Source of the DNA: Squalus acanthias
Lineage: Eukaryota
Reading direction: 5' to 3'
Length of the DNA stretch: 64,000 nucleotides
NCBI GenBank assembly: GCA_030390025.1
Contig: CM059432.1
Span: 51,462,001-51,526,000 of the forward strand
This document shows, piece after piece, positions 24,100 to 36,819 of this stretch. How positions within the stretch are numbered: the first letter of the stretch is position 1; each line of letters opens with the position of its first letter. The translations under genes were made by a program, and so were the position numbers. The notes under the pieces were generated by a model that ran no database searches, had not been told where the DNA came from, and saw nothing but the letters and a program-made list of their open reading frames with translations.

Positions 24100-25160
24100 T
24101 GCACTTCAGAGCATGAGACATCAAGCGTGTATACCAGATGAGATGTCTGTTAGTAAAGATGGAAAAGGAATGGAATTATTTCATCAAAGTATCCAATCAA
24201 TGTGAAGATGTATTCAACAAAACTAACCATGTACAAGGATGCATCTCAAGGACATTTGATTATAAGTTATCCTAACCATATACTGTATAGATAATTAATG
24301 AAGCCATATTTGGAATATTATATGCTGTTTAGAGCATTCTACCTTCAAAAGGACATTGATCCATTGGAGAAGATTCAGAGAAGAACGTTGAGGGTGATTC
24401 AAGGATTTAGGGCTCAAAATTATGAAGAGAGAGTCACAGAACTAAACTTGTTTTAATCAAAGAAGGTCAAGGTTGAGAGGAGACATGATACTCCAGGTTT
24501 TTAACATACAGCAAGGAAAGTTTGGTTTTTGAGTGAGGAACTAGAGGACATGAGTATAAACCCATAGATGTTTCCAGCACAGGAGACCATTTGGCCCATC
24601 GTGTATGTGCCAGCTCTTTGCTAGAGCAATCAAAAATTAATCCCACTGCTCCACTCTTTCCCCATAGCTGTTTCTTTCTCTACTTCAAATATTTATCCAA
24701 TTTTCCCTTAAAGATGTAATAGTCTCAGCCTGAGCCACTCCCTATGCCAAAGAATTCCAGCTCCAACAAGTACAAAATTAACAAGCTTGAGATTAAAAGG
24801 AATTTCCTCCCTAGAGTATTGGATATGTGGAATAGATTCCCAAACAAAGTAGTTGATTAACATTAATACAAAAAGAATATACTGCAGATGCTGGAAATCT
24901 GAAATAAAAACAGAAAATGCTGGAGAAACTCAGCAGGTCAGGCAGCATCTGTGAAGAGGGAAACAGAGTTAACGTTTCAGGTCGATGACCTTTCATCAGA
25001 CGAAAGGTCATCGACCTGAAACATTAACTCTGTTTCTCTCTTCACAGATGCTGCCTGACCTGCTGAGTTTCTCCAGCATTTTCTGTTTTTATTATAGTTG
25101 ATTAACATATTTAACAAGCAAGAACTGGATGCATAGCTGGTTTGGAACAGGATTAGAGTT
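24100..25160 (+). mobile_element. Old CR1 fragment with an inserted antisense CR1 tail (~24563-24770) and a palindromic element
   Basis: ccatatttggaatatta...ttggagaagattcagagaaga matches the CR1 RPHLEY...LEKVQRR region. Confidence 0.65.
24864..25094. mobile_element. Palindromic Penelope-type mini-element with hammerhead core
   Basis: Arms 24903-24994 and 25002-25093 with 2 mismatches; 14-bp direct repeat tagttgattaacat at 24850-24863 and 25095-25108. Confidence 0.8.
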
Positions 25161-25557
25161 CAATAAGATTAAGTATTGATAATTGAATGTTATGGGGAAC
25201 ATGATGGTTCCTGATATGAAAATATTAGACCAAAGATGCATAATGTAGGATGCGTTTATTTTGGTAATCTGGGGTTATGCTTGATTTACCTTTGTGGGAT
25301 TGGAACCAGAGAGAGAGGGGTGCAAAACGCTTCCTCAGGAAATGTAAAAAGTTGGGTCGAGTTTCTGATGGAGCAGACTATATGGGTTTGGTAGGCCAAT
25401 TTGCCTTTTCTGGTTCAATGTTTCATGAAAATCTGGCACTGTCTAATTGGTATGGATGAGGATAGGTACTAGGTACTAGTGAAATCTTCACATTGTGTCA
25501 ACAGTTGGGCAAGCATAAGTATTATTGAAGTCCTAGAACTTGTCAGGGTGAAATATA

Positions 25558-26298
25558 GGCCCAAAAATTCATGAGGAAGCCTTCGTGCGAGGGTAAGGCC
25601 TCCCCGCAATCTCTCACTCCGCGTTGGCTTTTTCAGTTCCAGCTCGCACGAACTTGATGTTCTGGACAGCTGGTGTGCTGGGCTTGCGTATCCCACCGGC
25701 GTAGTTAATTCGTGCGAGCTGTGGGATCACGTGACTCAGTTAGAGCCAATGGCAGCACACCATCTTCCATTCATAACTTTCACATAAGTGCTGTGAAAGT
25801 TATGAATACTATAGCCCCCCAAAAGAACCGCTAAACCTCAATTAAATTTTTATAAAAAAATCACATTAAAAAATAAGTATAGTTAAATAAATTAACCATT
25901 TTAAATAAAAAATTAAATTTTTGAAAAAATTTAAAATCTTTTAAAAAGTTATAAAAATAAACTTACCTGTCTTTAAAGTCTCTAAAAAAGATATACCTGT
26001 TAAAAAAAATTCAAAATAATACTTAATTCACTACTTACCTTGTTAAAAGTGGGTCTTACTCCTCCTTTTTTTATGTGTAGAATCTTCCGTACTTACCTGC
26101 GCGTTGAAACCACTAAGTGCACAGCGTGCGCGCAGCCTGTAGCGCGCACGCGGTGCACCTAGGACCCGCCCCCTTTTCCATTCACCAAGTGCCGGTTTTC
26201 AGCGCATGCGCAGTGCATGCAGAAAACCGGCAATTGGAGACAGAATACGCGAGAGTACACAGTGCGTACTCTCGCGTAGCAAGACTAATTTTTGGGCT
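25558..26298. mobile_element. Harbinger-type MITE (inverted sister of 7307-8046)
   Basis: TIR ggcccaaaaatt/aatttttgggct, TSD ATA. Confidence 0.9.
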
Positions 26299-27043
26299 AT
26301 AGTACTTTACCAAAAGTTTCAACTCAACTGGACGTGGTTAGTTTTGTGACAGTTAAAGTAAGCCTATTGAACCTTTGCCAGCTTACTTCACATTTCTTTA
26401 CACAGAGAGTGATCAACAGCTAGTAAAAGTTGCCAGAAAGGGTGCTTGAGGCCAGGGCACTAGATTCATTATGTTGTAGTGGGAAAATGGTGGGTTTGAT
26501 ATTCTGGATGGATGAGATCAAGAGGGCTGAAGGGCCCTCTTCAAAGGAATCTATCTTGTGACCTTGTCAAATCTGTCTTCATAAAAAAACTGTACATGTT
26601 AAGTTCCACACATGCAAGCTGCAATTATAAAAGTCTGAAAAATTCAAAGTTCCAGATAATCACCTACCTTGTGTATTTTTTAAGGGTCAAGATAATGCAT
26701 CAAGGCATTGAAAAAAACAAAATAGCACTACTTAGCACAATTCACTGACCCTAGTCACTTTGGTTAGGAGAGTTGACAAACTCGGCTGTAATTGCCTGAG
26801 TCAAGAATTCATGTAAAAACACACATGCCAACTGAGAAAACATGCAAAAGCCAACCAACAGTTTCAAAAAGCTGACAGAACAAAGAAAAGAGAGCTCAGA
26901 AATAGCCCTGAGTGTAGGCCGTATGACACATGAAGACAAGGCCTGGATTTTGCAACGGGCATTATTTTTAATGGCAATAGTAACTCATTTATAATAAATA
27001 ACTTCCTGCTATCAATAAAATAACACCAATCAGAAAATCCAAG

Positions 27044-27774
27044 GGGGGAGAAATTGGGTACCTTTGCGCCTCCCGTTATCGTCTCTGGGGGTGATAACAG
27101 GGCAGTAATCACTTACCGACCGGGCGCGGTGAGAAGATTGACTCCTACGATATTCAGCGGGAGGTTTCCAATGGTGGTATGGCATTGCGCCCTGATCTGC
27201 TTTGCCCGGAGATCATGACGTCATCGCCATGTGCATCGCTCTGGACCGAACTTCGGTTCCGCCCCCTGCAGTATTGCCGGGCGAAAACACCGGCAGCTGC
27301 AGGAAGTGTTTATCGGGAGGCCGGGCACTTCGGGGGCAATACTTAAAGGCAAGGTGGCTGAGGTAAGTAATCAAAAATCTGAAATGATGTTTCTGGTTTT
27401 TTTCAGTTTTCTTCTCCAGCGATGGATCAGCCTGGCACTCTGCTGCTGTGTATCGGGCTGATCGGGCCGGATCGCGGCTGCCGTTGGGGACCAGGTAAGT
27501 TTTCCCCTTGCAGAGCCTGCAGCGATGGCCCTTCCCTTTAAGGGAGGGAAGGAGCCTTCCAACGCGGCAGCGCTGCACGGCCCATTGTGCAGCACTGCAC
27601 ACCTACCACCCCGCCTGCTGCCTGTTGTGCTCCAGGAAGGAAGTCGAGCGCTTGATTTAGCGCTCCACATCCTTCCAGGAGCGCAAAACTGAATTTTTTA
27701 AAAGTTGAAAGACATAATTTTTTCAACTATTAAAAGTTAGCACCCCAAACGGGGCTATAATGAATTTCTCCCCC
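27044..27774. mobile_element. Harbinger-type MITE
   Basis: Perfect TIR gggggagaaatt, TSD AAG. Confidence 0.9.
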
Positions 27775-27921
27775 AAGGAGTTAAACAGAAACTGGAGTGA
27801 GACACAAGCTTGTCATAACTTAAGCTGCAGACGTTGAATCATATTTATGGCAGAAGAAAAAAGCTAAAGCACACAAAAACATAGTTTGTAGTAGTGGTAG
27901 ATTTAGAAATAGTTGAAGGAA

Positions 27922-28785
27922 AATTTGAGTGCTGAAGGTCAGAAATGGGGATGTTCGCTGATGACTGCAACAAGACCTGGACAACATTCAGTCTTGGGCT
28001 GATAAGTGGCAGGTAACATTCGTGCCACACAAGTGCCAGGCATGACTATCTCCAAAAAACAAGCGAGAGTCTAACCACTGCCCCTTGACATTCAACGGAA
28101 TTACCATCGCTGACTCCCCCACCATCAACATCCTGGAGGTCACCATTGACCAGAAACTTAACTGGACCAGCCACATAAATACTGTGGCAACAAGAGCAGG
28201 TCAGAGGCTAGGTATTCTGCGGTGAGTGTCTCACCTCCTGACTCCCCAAAGCCTTTCCACCATCTACAAGGCACAAGTCAGGAGTGTGATGGAATACTCT
28301 CCACTCGCTCGGATGAGTGCTGCTCCAACAACACTCAAGAAGCTCGACACCATCCAAGACAAAGCAGCCCGCTTAATTGGCACCCCATCCACCACCTTAA
28401 ACATTCACTCCCTCCACCACCGGCGTACCGTGGCTGCAGTCTGAACCATCTACAAGATGCACTGCAGCAACTCGCCAAGGCTTCTTCAGCAGCACCTCCT
28501 AAACCCGTGACCTCTACCACCTAGAAGGACAAGGGCAGCAGGCGTATGGGAACACCACCACCAAGTTCCCCTCCAAGCCACACACCATCCTGACTTGGAT
28601 GTATATCGCCGTTCCTTCATAGTTGCTGGGTCAAAATCCTGGAACTCCCTCCCTAACAGCACTGTGGGAACACCTTCACCACACAGACTGTAGCGGTTCA
28701 AGAAGGCAGATCACCACCTCCTTCTCAAGGGCAATTAGGGATGGGCAATAAATGCTGGCCTTGCCAGCGATGCCCACATCCCACG
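27922..28785 (+). mobile_element. 3' fragment of the second LINE family
   Basis: Collinear with 4675-5575 (YKAQVRSVMEYSPL; tail gggcaattagggatgggcaataaatgctggcc). Confidence 0.9.
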
Positions 28786-28787
28786 AT

Positions 28788-29348
28788 AGGGCCAATTTTT
28801 AAAATGCTTTGCACCAGTTAAGCACTCTCATTTTGGTTATTGTGGCCATTAATGTGGCATAGTTGAATCTCTGGCACAGCTCCTTCCCCCCAACAGGGCC
28901 TTACAGCAGGAAATGGGGGCAGAAACAGGAGCACAGCTGTAGGCCTGAGAGTTGAAGAACAGCAGCCAGAAGGTTATTGGACCCAAAGGTGTGCCGCGAT
29001 TCTGAAAAAAGGTAGGCCATTTACCTTCTTCTGCTTGATGTCTGCCGCCCGAGTGGGGTCTCAGTGCAAGACCCATAGCCAACCTTTTTGGGGCTCCTGG
29101 ATAGGGGCACCCATGTATGTTACCAAAGGAAATTGAGGTGGTAGGGTCAGGAAAGGCCAGCACTGGGTCTGCATCTATTACAGATGGAGGTCCTGCTCCT
29201 CCTCTCAGAGGAAGTCCTATATATCCAAGGTAATCATATAAAGCACAGCGATCTGTTGTAATGAGTCTCCTCTCCACCCCATTTTTCTACACCTTTCTGC
29301 CCAGTGAATAGGAATTCCCCAGAGGCAAAGGTGGGGAAAATTGACCCT
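28788..29348. mobile_element. Degenerate Harbinger-type MITE
   Basis: Ends agggccaatttt ... aaaattgaccct. Confidence 0.45.
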
Positions 29349-30852
29349 ATTTGGTGCATTTTGTGGAATTTTGGCACCTTTGAAGACAAAAATTGTCTGT
29401 CATGGGTGGATTACAGATATTCTAAATATGAAAGTAAAAATAGTTGTAGTGACATCAATAGAGCTGTGCTGGATCCAGATCCCCTCATTTGGGAATCTAA
29501 CCCCAGATACATCATGCTAACTTGTGAACTCTAACACAGACCTACAATAATCCCTATCACCAGTTCATTGTACAGTCACAAGAAAGAAGTGCTTAACTAT
29601 TGAATCTGGATCCTATAGCAGCACAAAGTCTGATAAATAGTACCTAAAACCAGGATAACTGATTTAATTACATTAAATGAACAACTTGCATTTTTAAGTA
29701 ATATTAGGACAGATAATGTTGAGTCAATGGAGTCATGGAACCAATACCTTGAACCTCAGTTCTAATGAAGAGTCACATCAAAACATTATCTTCTCTTTTT
29801 CTCTTTTTGATGTTGATCAACCTGTTGCATATTTCAAACACTTTTTGTTTTCAAAACCGTAAAATGCATGAAGCTAGAAATTACTGTTGACAATAATAGC
29901 AATTAATGCATTAATATGACATTCCTCTGTCCACTAATGAATTGGAGGCATTGACTCATCTTCACTAAAAGAGCTGCCAGAGGAATGTCAAAAGAATGCA
30001 TTAGCTTTTATAATGCTATTATCTCCAAAGTAATTTCTAACCCATGTGCTCTTTTGATACTGTCAGAAAGGATTATATTTTTGTACTGAAATTAAAATCA
30101 TTACACAATTTTTTTTTAATGCATAAAAACGTGGTTTGCAGGAACAGGCACAAGGAGCTGAATTTTGTGCACCTGATTGCCTCCAGTCTGGAACTTGCAG
30201 TCTGCTGTACTCTTATTATCAATGTCACTCCTCACATTTCCCCATGGATGTTAAATACTCTGACATAGATAGTGTAGGCTTCGTCTTTGGCTACTGCAGG
30301 ATAATAAAGCCATCTCCACCATGAGTGAATAAACAAACTGAAAATAGCTTTCAAAGCTCCGAAGCATAACCAGGCACTGCATTCACATGCACAAAGGCCA
30401 ACAGTTCGTGTCACCAGTCACAATAATGCACTGTCGTGAAGCTCTAAATGTACGGGAACATTAGCATGAATATTGAAATTAAGTAAAGCTCATTGCCACT
30501 CCAACCCACTCCCTATTTTATTTCCAAATCAGTTCCAGTGGCTCAGATTTGCCTTTTAGTTGGATGTGCTACATTTAGCCGAGGACAGATAAACTAGAAC
30601 TAATCTTGGAGATGGGGGGGACCCTTCACATAAAACAACAACGCAGCAAACTTAAAATATTCCTCTGAGGAAAATGAAAAGTCTTTAAAAGCTGATTTTA
30701 GCAGCTTATTTGTTATATACAACTTATTTGGAGATACACAATAAACAAATACATCTGCACTGTGACTCTCGCAAATCTTCAGCTCCTAAAAAAATTCTGC
30801 CTCAAATTTGAGCACAACCAATAGTGGACGAAAGCAATGTCAACTTTAGTTT

Positions 30853-31023
30853 TGATGTGGAGATGCCGGTGTTGGACTGGGGTGGACAAAAATGAGAAGT
30901 CACACAACACCAGGTTATAGTCCAACAGATTTATTTAATTTTACAAGCTTTCGAAGCAGTTTGCTCCTTCTGTGAATTCTGGGAGATTCTCTCATTGCTA
31001 ACTTACCTGACGAAGGAGCAAAC
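30853..31023. mobile_element. Penelope-like terminal fragment with partial inverted hammerhead arm
   Basis: Near-identical to 9563-9680; inverted ctgacgaaggagcaaac at ~31007-31023. Confidence 0.7.
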
Positions 31024-31619
31024 AGGACCTCATTTGAATTTTTTTCTCCATTTCCCGCTTGGCAGCCAGCAAGATTGAAAGGCTGGCTGTCGGTGGGAAG
31101 GCCTGTGGTAGAAGATCTCGGTGGGGGGTGAAGGGGGATAGGATCATGTGGGGGGATTGGATCATGAGGGGGGATCGGATCATGGGCGGTCGGCATCGGA
31201 TCGCGTGGGGGGATCGGATCATGGGGAGGGAGGCAAACTGCGACAGGTTAGCTTGGGGGGCCGGGGTGGGAAGCAGTCCTGCTCCTTCTGGCCCACAAGC
31301 AGTGTTGGAAAAGCACTTACCTGCTGGATCTGGCAGCTCCCGCCTCCCTTTAACTGCCGAGTTTCCCGAGCCCTGGGAAACCCGGCCCGCAGCCTTTAAA
31401 TCCAAATGGCTGCTATAATCTGACGAATGCAGCCTCGTTAACATATTAAAATTGCTGACCCACCTCTCGAGAGTAGATTACTCGCTCTTGCCACAACCTA
31501 CTCCAGTTAAGCTGGAAGTCGGCGCGTTTGCAGCGGGTTGGGGTCGGGTTTCCCATTTTTAAGAATTTAACCCCCCCCCACCCCTCTCCCGCCCATCCTG
31601 GGAGTTTAAAATTCTCCCC
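31024..31619. mobile_element. One-ended GC-rich MITE with ~18-bp internal tandem repeats (gggggatcggatcatg, ~31130-31225)
   Basis: Right end ttaaaattctcccc; related to 51334-52314. Confidence 0.6.
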
Positions 31620-32494
31620 ATTGGCTTTGTAAACCCGTTATCCTGATATGCCACTGTGATAATGGTTGATAGGACTTCCTTCTACCCCACAGTTACATGT
31701 CCGAACCTATTGGAATTCCTGGGCTCAGGTGATTTACACACAGTAGGTTGATGCCTGGGTCAGCACTGTGGTATCTGGGGTGCCCACTGAGGGTGGCCGG
31801 AAATTGCACTGTTGCTAAGCCACTGTGGAACAGTGCTAGCAGATCGAGCTGAAGAAATCACTAAGAAGAAAATATTGGCCCTATTGCACAAAGACCGCAT
31901 TCCTTACAACAGCCAACCCTTTGTGACCAGCTGCTTTAGGGAATGTGACCTTTAACAAACTTATTGGCCCTACTTCCTCTTCTTTAAAGCACTGCTTCTT
32001 TTAGGCATAAGAGGTGCCGATTTTCTCAGCCCCGAGGAGGCGGGTTTGGAGGCGGGAAAGGCGGGAAAATTGCAAAAAAAATGAGTGCAGGTTCGGAACC
32101 CGCCTCCGCGCGATTTTGCCGGTGCCAGTTTTGCAGGGTTGGAAACGGTCCTGCCTCCAGCAGGCCAGAGAGGTTGTTAAGAGCCTTAAATGGTCATTAA
32201 GGGCCTCTCTAATCCTATTTTGAGAGGCCCTCGTTATTTTTCGACATTTTCAGCGTGTTCCACGACCCTCCTAAACCACGCCAGCTAATCCTGGCGGATT
32301 GACAAGTGGGTGGCCTCCTCACAGCTGCAGCTCCACCATTAAAACGGAGCTTTCATCAGGGATTAGTTACAGGTGGCAGAACTTTGCTTCAAAAGGTCTT
32401 TCAGCACTTTTAGCAGGCCATACGAAGTCGGAGGTGCTGCAGCTTCTATCTATCAACTGTGGGACCTCCTTGGAAGACCCTCTCCCCACTTGGA

Positions 32495-33769
32495 ATGAGT
32501 GCTTCCCCAACAGAGGCATCTGCAAGCAGTATGGGAACCATTCATTTCCTTTCACCATGGACCTCAGATTCGGATGAGGAGCATCCATGGCAGCAGCAGA
32601 ACCAGGCAGCTCAGCAGCAGCAGCCCCAACCTCCTGCTCAGCCACCTGATGCAGCACAGGGCAGAAGGCACCAGCACATCGAGGTACCTCGCCGCAGGAG
32701 ATACCCTCAACAGACGGTTTACAGACAGAGGATGAGCTACCTCAACATGAGTGAGCAGCAGTGCCAAAGGAGGCTGAGACTTTCGCGAGAGGTTGTCGGA
32801 GACATCTGCACACTGCTGCACCAAGACCTGGTGCCCAGAGGAACGGGTGGACACCCCTTACCAGTGGCTGTCAAAGTCACCACCGCACTCAACTTTTTTG
32901 CCTCAGGCTCCTTCCAGGGATCATCAGCAGACATCAGCGGCATCTCCCAGTCGGCCACCCACAGTTGCATCACGCAGGTTACTGATGCCCTTTTCGCAAA
33001 GGCGCACAATTACATCCACTTCTCAAGGGATCAAGCAAGTGTAACTGCGCGTTCAGTTGGCTTTGCAAATATGGCAGGCTTGCTAATGGTGCAGGGCGTC
33101 ATAGACTGCACACATGTGGCCCTTAGGGCACCCCATCACAACCCAGCTATCTTTGTCAACTGCAAGGGCTTCTACTCCCTCAACGTACAGCTGGTGTGTA
33201 ACCACAAGAAGGAGTTTTTGCATGTTTGTGCCAAGCTCTGTGGTAGTTGCCATGACTCTTTCATCCTGCGGCACTCTAGTGTTCCTCCATTTTTCAATCC
33301 GCCAAACGAACTTAACGGATGGCTCCTTGGTGACAAAGGCTACCCCCTGAAGAAGTGGCTAATGACACCGATCAGGAGGCCAGCTAACGAGGCTGATGAG
33401 CACTACAATGCCAGCCACACTTCGACCAGGTCCATCATCGAGCAAACCATTGGGTTGTTGAAGATGCGCTTCCAATGCCTTGACCGATCAGGTGGAGCCC
33501 TGCAGTCTACACCATACAGGGTCTCCAGAATGGTCGTGGTCTGCTGTGCACTGCACAACATGGCACAGCGTCGTCGCTTGCAGCTTCCTGATGAGCAAGT
33601 GGCTCAATTCCAGGCCTCCTCAGATGAGGATGCGGATGAGGAGGATGAGGAGGAGGAGGAGCAGGAGGAGGACCGAGCGCCGGTCTATCGACCAGCAGCA
33701 GCGGCAGCACGCGAGCACATGGCTGCCCATGATGTAAGGGATGCACTTATCCTGGCCAGATTTGCATAG
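32495..33769 (+). CDS. Harbinger/HARBI1-family DDE transposase (uninterrupted ORF; start ATG 32495 or 32531)
   Basis: Motifs [66 protein letters not shown] and CCALHN; acidic C-terminal tail. Confidence 0.93.
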   Translation: MSASPTEASASSMGTIHFLSPWTSDSDEEHPWQQQNQAAQQQQPQPPAQPPDAAQGRRHQHIEVPRRRRYPQQTVYRQRMSYLNMSEQQCQRRLRLSREVVGDICTLLHQDLVPRGTGGHPLPVAVKVTTALNFFASGSFQGSSADISGISQSATHSCITQVTDALFAKAHNYIHFSRDQASVTARSVGFANMAGLLMVQGVIDCTHVALRAPHHNPAIFVNCKGFYSLNVQLVCNHKKEFLHVCAKLCGSCHDSFILRHSSVPPFFNPPNELNGWLLGDKGYPLKKWLMTPIRRPANEADEHYNASHTSTRSIIEQTIGLLKMRFQCLDRSGGALQSTPYRVSRMVVVCCALHNMAQRRRLQLPDEQVAQFQASSDEDADEEDEEEEEQEEDRAPVYRPAAAAAREHMAAHDVRDALILARFA

Positions 33770-34014
33770 GTTGCCCATGTTGGCACATGTCCTTGGCTCC
33801 ATCTTAAGACATCATAGACAATGGACATGACTCTCTGGCCTCCTTTCACTCTGACCTCCAACTTCACAATGTAAGTGTCGCGGAGCCCGCAACGCGGAGC
33901 TGCCTAAGGCAAAAGAACAGATGCCATCACGCCAACATTTTGCCATCAAATCATTTTAATACTTTCCAACAGGGATGGCATTTCATCAATACACATAAAC
34001 ATTCACCCAATCTA

Positions 34015-34196
34015 CACATAGACCTGGAGATTATATCCCGTGCCAGCTGGACCCACACAGCCTTGGTTTCTTTGGGAGGCCTCTTCCTCCCAGATGAGGG
34101 GAAGAGCACCTCCCTGCTAGCACTCACCCCCTCATCCAACATTTGCAGCGCTTCATCCGTGAACCTCGGGGAGGCCCTTGCCTTGGAATTGGACAC
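34015..34196 (-). pseudogene. Truncated Myb/SANT-like DNA-binding partner gene of the Harbinger
   Basis: ARASPRFTDEALQMLDEGVSASREVLFPSSGRKRPPKETKAVWVQLA matches the relic at 11700-11850, but breaks off before QCRKRFNDL. Confidence 0.8.
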
Positions 34197-34759
34197 AGTG
34201 GTTTCTCAAAAGATGTTGCAGGTGGTGCAGCATCGACAGAAATCTAGTGGAATGATCAAAGGCAGCAAGCAGCCCTTAAAAGAGTCTGGAAAAGTAACGT
34301 CAGCAGAGGCGAGTTTCAGTCCCAAAACATTAATTGACCAAGGGCAGCCCACACCTCTGAAATCAACTGGCCAATCAGGGGAAAATCGCAATTTTTTTCA
34401 AACCTATCAGTGGAGGCGGGTTTGGAACCCACCCAAACCGAAACCCGCCTCCAGTGGGAAAATCGCCCCCAGTGTGTTAGAGGCATCGTAGGCATCTCTG
34501 GTGGGAATTCCAGTGGACAATCCATGATGTCAGATTCCAAGGGAGTGGACACAAGAATCACCTGCCTCCGTTCTCATTCAGGAAACCCCAGAGCTTCTCA
34601 AGTGGGCTGTAACTGGGCCCTGTCCCAAAATCCATGCCCCTGCCCTAATTGTTCCCCAAATCCACTTTAAACATTGCAGATCTTCAAGGCCATTTTTTCT
34701 ATCTGCTTACAATTATCTTATACTTGTGGTTGCTTGTTACTATTTGGTCTACCATTATC

Positions 34760-35250
34760 TTATCTTAACTCTTCCTAACCTTGAAAACCTCTATCTGGTC
34801 GTTGCCTAACATTCTAAGCAGTAATGAAAAAGTCCTAACTTCTCAAGTTTTTTCTTCATAAGTGTAATTCCTCATCATTAGGAGCATCCTAGTGAATCTC
34901 CGTTTTACCTTTTCCTTTTACTTTTATATCCTTCTGATAATGCATTGACAAGATTGGATGCAATAATCCAAATACAGCAGAATTAAGGTCTTGTACAAGT
35001 TCAACGTTACCTTACTTTTGTATTCTATAGCTCTAGATACAAAACCAAGGATTCCAGTTGTCTTTCTTATGGCCTTGTCTGCTTGTGCTGCCATCATTAT
35101 TGACCTGTGTATCTATATGTAAAAGGCTCTTTACTCTATTTAAAATTTCACCATTTGAAGTATTTTTCCTCTATCTATTCTTGCTTCCAAAATGCATTAC
35201 CTCACATTGTTCTACTGCATTGAATAGCATCTGCCACCTATCTGCTCATC
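34760..35250 (-). mobile_element. Old CR1 fragment
   Basis: Reverse-strand CR1-like text (aaatgcattacctcacatt...gcatctgccacc). Confidence 0.6.
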
Positions 35251-36099
35251 TACTAGCTCAGCCATGCCTCCACAAATTTTCTCACAGTTTCGCAAGGACT
35301 TTTCTAGCTGGAATCCATGGGATATCAATCCAATTAATTAAGATCTGATAAACAATAGATAAAGAATTCAGATCCCTTTAGGACAACTTTGCATGGAGCT
35401 ACCCCGCCATGTTAGCACACAAGAAGTATCTGGAGCGATCACCTATGTAGAGGTTGTATAATGAATGAACTTAACATGTAAGTGACAGTTCTAAATAAAC
35501 CTCGTTTGTTCTGAGTTAATTATTTCAGAAAGCTTCTGGTGCAACTTTCTTTCTGGGAGTGTGGTCAAAATCTTGAAACCTCTATTAAACTGTGAAATAA
35601 ATCTATACTTTTGTACAAATTCAACATTACCTTACTTTTGTATTCTATACCTATAGATACAAAACCAAGGTTCCCATTTGCCTTGGTTATGTACTTCAGG
35701 AAATCTGGGAAGACTTCTGTCATGCAGGAATGTGTATTTAAGAAGCCAGACCTCGGGGATTAAAGGGGAAAGCAGATTTAGGGATGGTGCCTAATTACAC
35801 CACCCCTCAGTTCTGTCTCTAGTCCAAATTAGGGACAATTTGGATCTATAGGGAAATGATGGTTGAGTTAGGAACTTTGATTTTTTTGTGTTATTGGGAT
35901 GATTGTTGGAATTAATAAAATGCATTAGTTGTGTGGGAGCATCATCAGTACAGGAGTATCCCCCAGTAAGAGAATATTTGAGTTATGGACCTGGTGATTC
36001 CTGATTAGATGGAGACTGTCTCAGTAACAGAAGAGCAAGCAAATGGGGTATCACAAGCAATAAGAATGGTATTGGATAACATCTGTGACTAAACAACAT

Positions 36100-36819
36100 G
36101 GGGGGAGAAATTGAGTCGCGCCCCCTTTGGAGCGCTAACTTTGTCACGGCGCTACCTTTAGCGCCCCGGAAAAATTAGCACCCCCACGGCCGAAATTCAG
36201 TGGTAACACCCCAAGAGGGAAGCGGGGCGCCTCCCTCTTGGGGCGCTGCGAGGGAATATCACGTCGCGCCACGGTATTGCAGGCCTTCCTCCCCTTCTTA
36301 AAGGGAAAGGCCTTGTGCAGCGCTACCCGGGGCCCAGCTGGGCCACCGGGGATCGGAGTGCCAGCAAAAGAGCCTGGCACTCAAGAGAAGTGCCGGGCTC
36401 ATGGAGTGCAGCCGGCATTCCTCGGGGGGGGCGGGTCAGGAGGCCGGGGACGGGAGTGGAGACAGGTGCTGGCAGGCGGCCAGCAACAAAAATGGCTGCC
36501 CGGCACCTCGCCTTTAAATAGCGCCGCCCTGGCCGCAGGTAGGCCCCCCTGACCCCGTCGGACATAGCGTCCGGCGGTAAGTCAGGGACGCTACCAAAGA
36601 TTGTGGCCGGGGCGCGAGCGGGGCGCTGTGCACGGCGATTACATCATTGCCGGCGGCACAGAGCTGCGGGGCGCTAACATTTAGCGCCGTCCACTAACCT
36701 CCCGCTGAATTTCGTGGGAGGTGTTGGCGGCGCCGTGCCCGGCGCTAGTTGCTTTGTGTGCCGTTAGCGCCCTAAGAGAGCGTTAACGGGAGGTACAAAG
36801 CAACCGAATTTATCCCCCC
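36100..36819. mobile_element. GC-rich Harbinger-type MITE
   Basis: TIR gggggagaaatt/aatttatccccc; sister copy at 40542-41320. Confidence 0.9.

Larger units (their letters stand above)
32013..34470. mobile_element. PIF/Harbinger DNA transposon, ~2.46 kb
   Basis: TIR ggtgccgattttc/gaaaatcgccccc, flanks aga/agt; encodes a transposase (+) and a convergent Myb-like relic (-). Confidence 0.9.

Noticed and set aside
31130..31225. CRISPR-like short repeats
   Set aside because: Tandem ~18-bp minisatellite without unique spacers; vertebrate context with no cas genes.
32459..33769. Calling this the host HARBI1 gene
   Set aside because: It is intronless, bounded by TIRs and paired with a Myb relic, so it is a transposon copy; orthology is unsupported.
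36144..36565. Overlapping GC-rich ORFs and apparent CpG islands (also 40436-41133, 27213-27726)
   Set aside because: Internal to repeated MITEs, where high GC suppresses stop codons.
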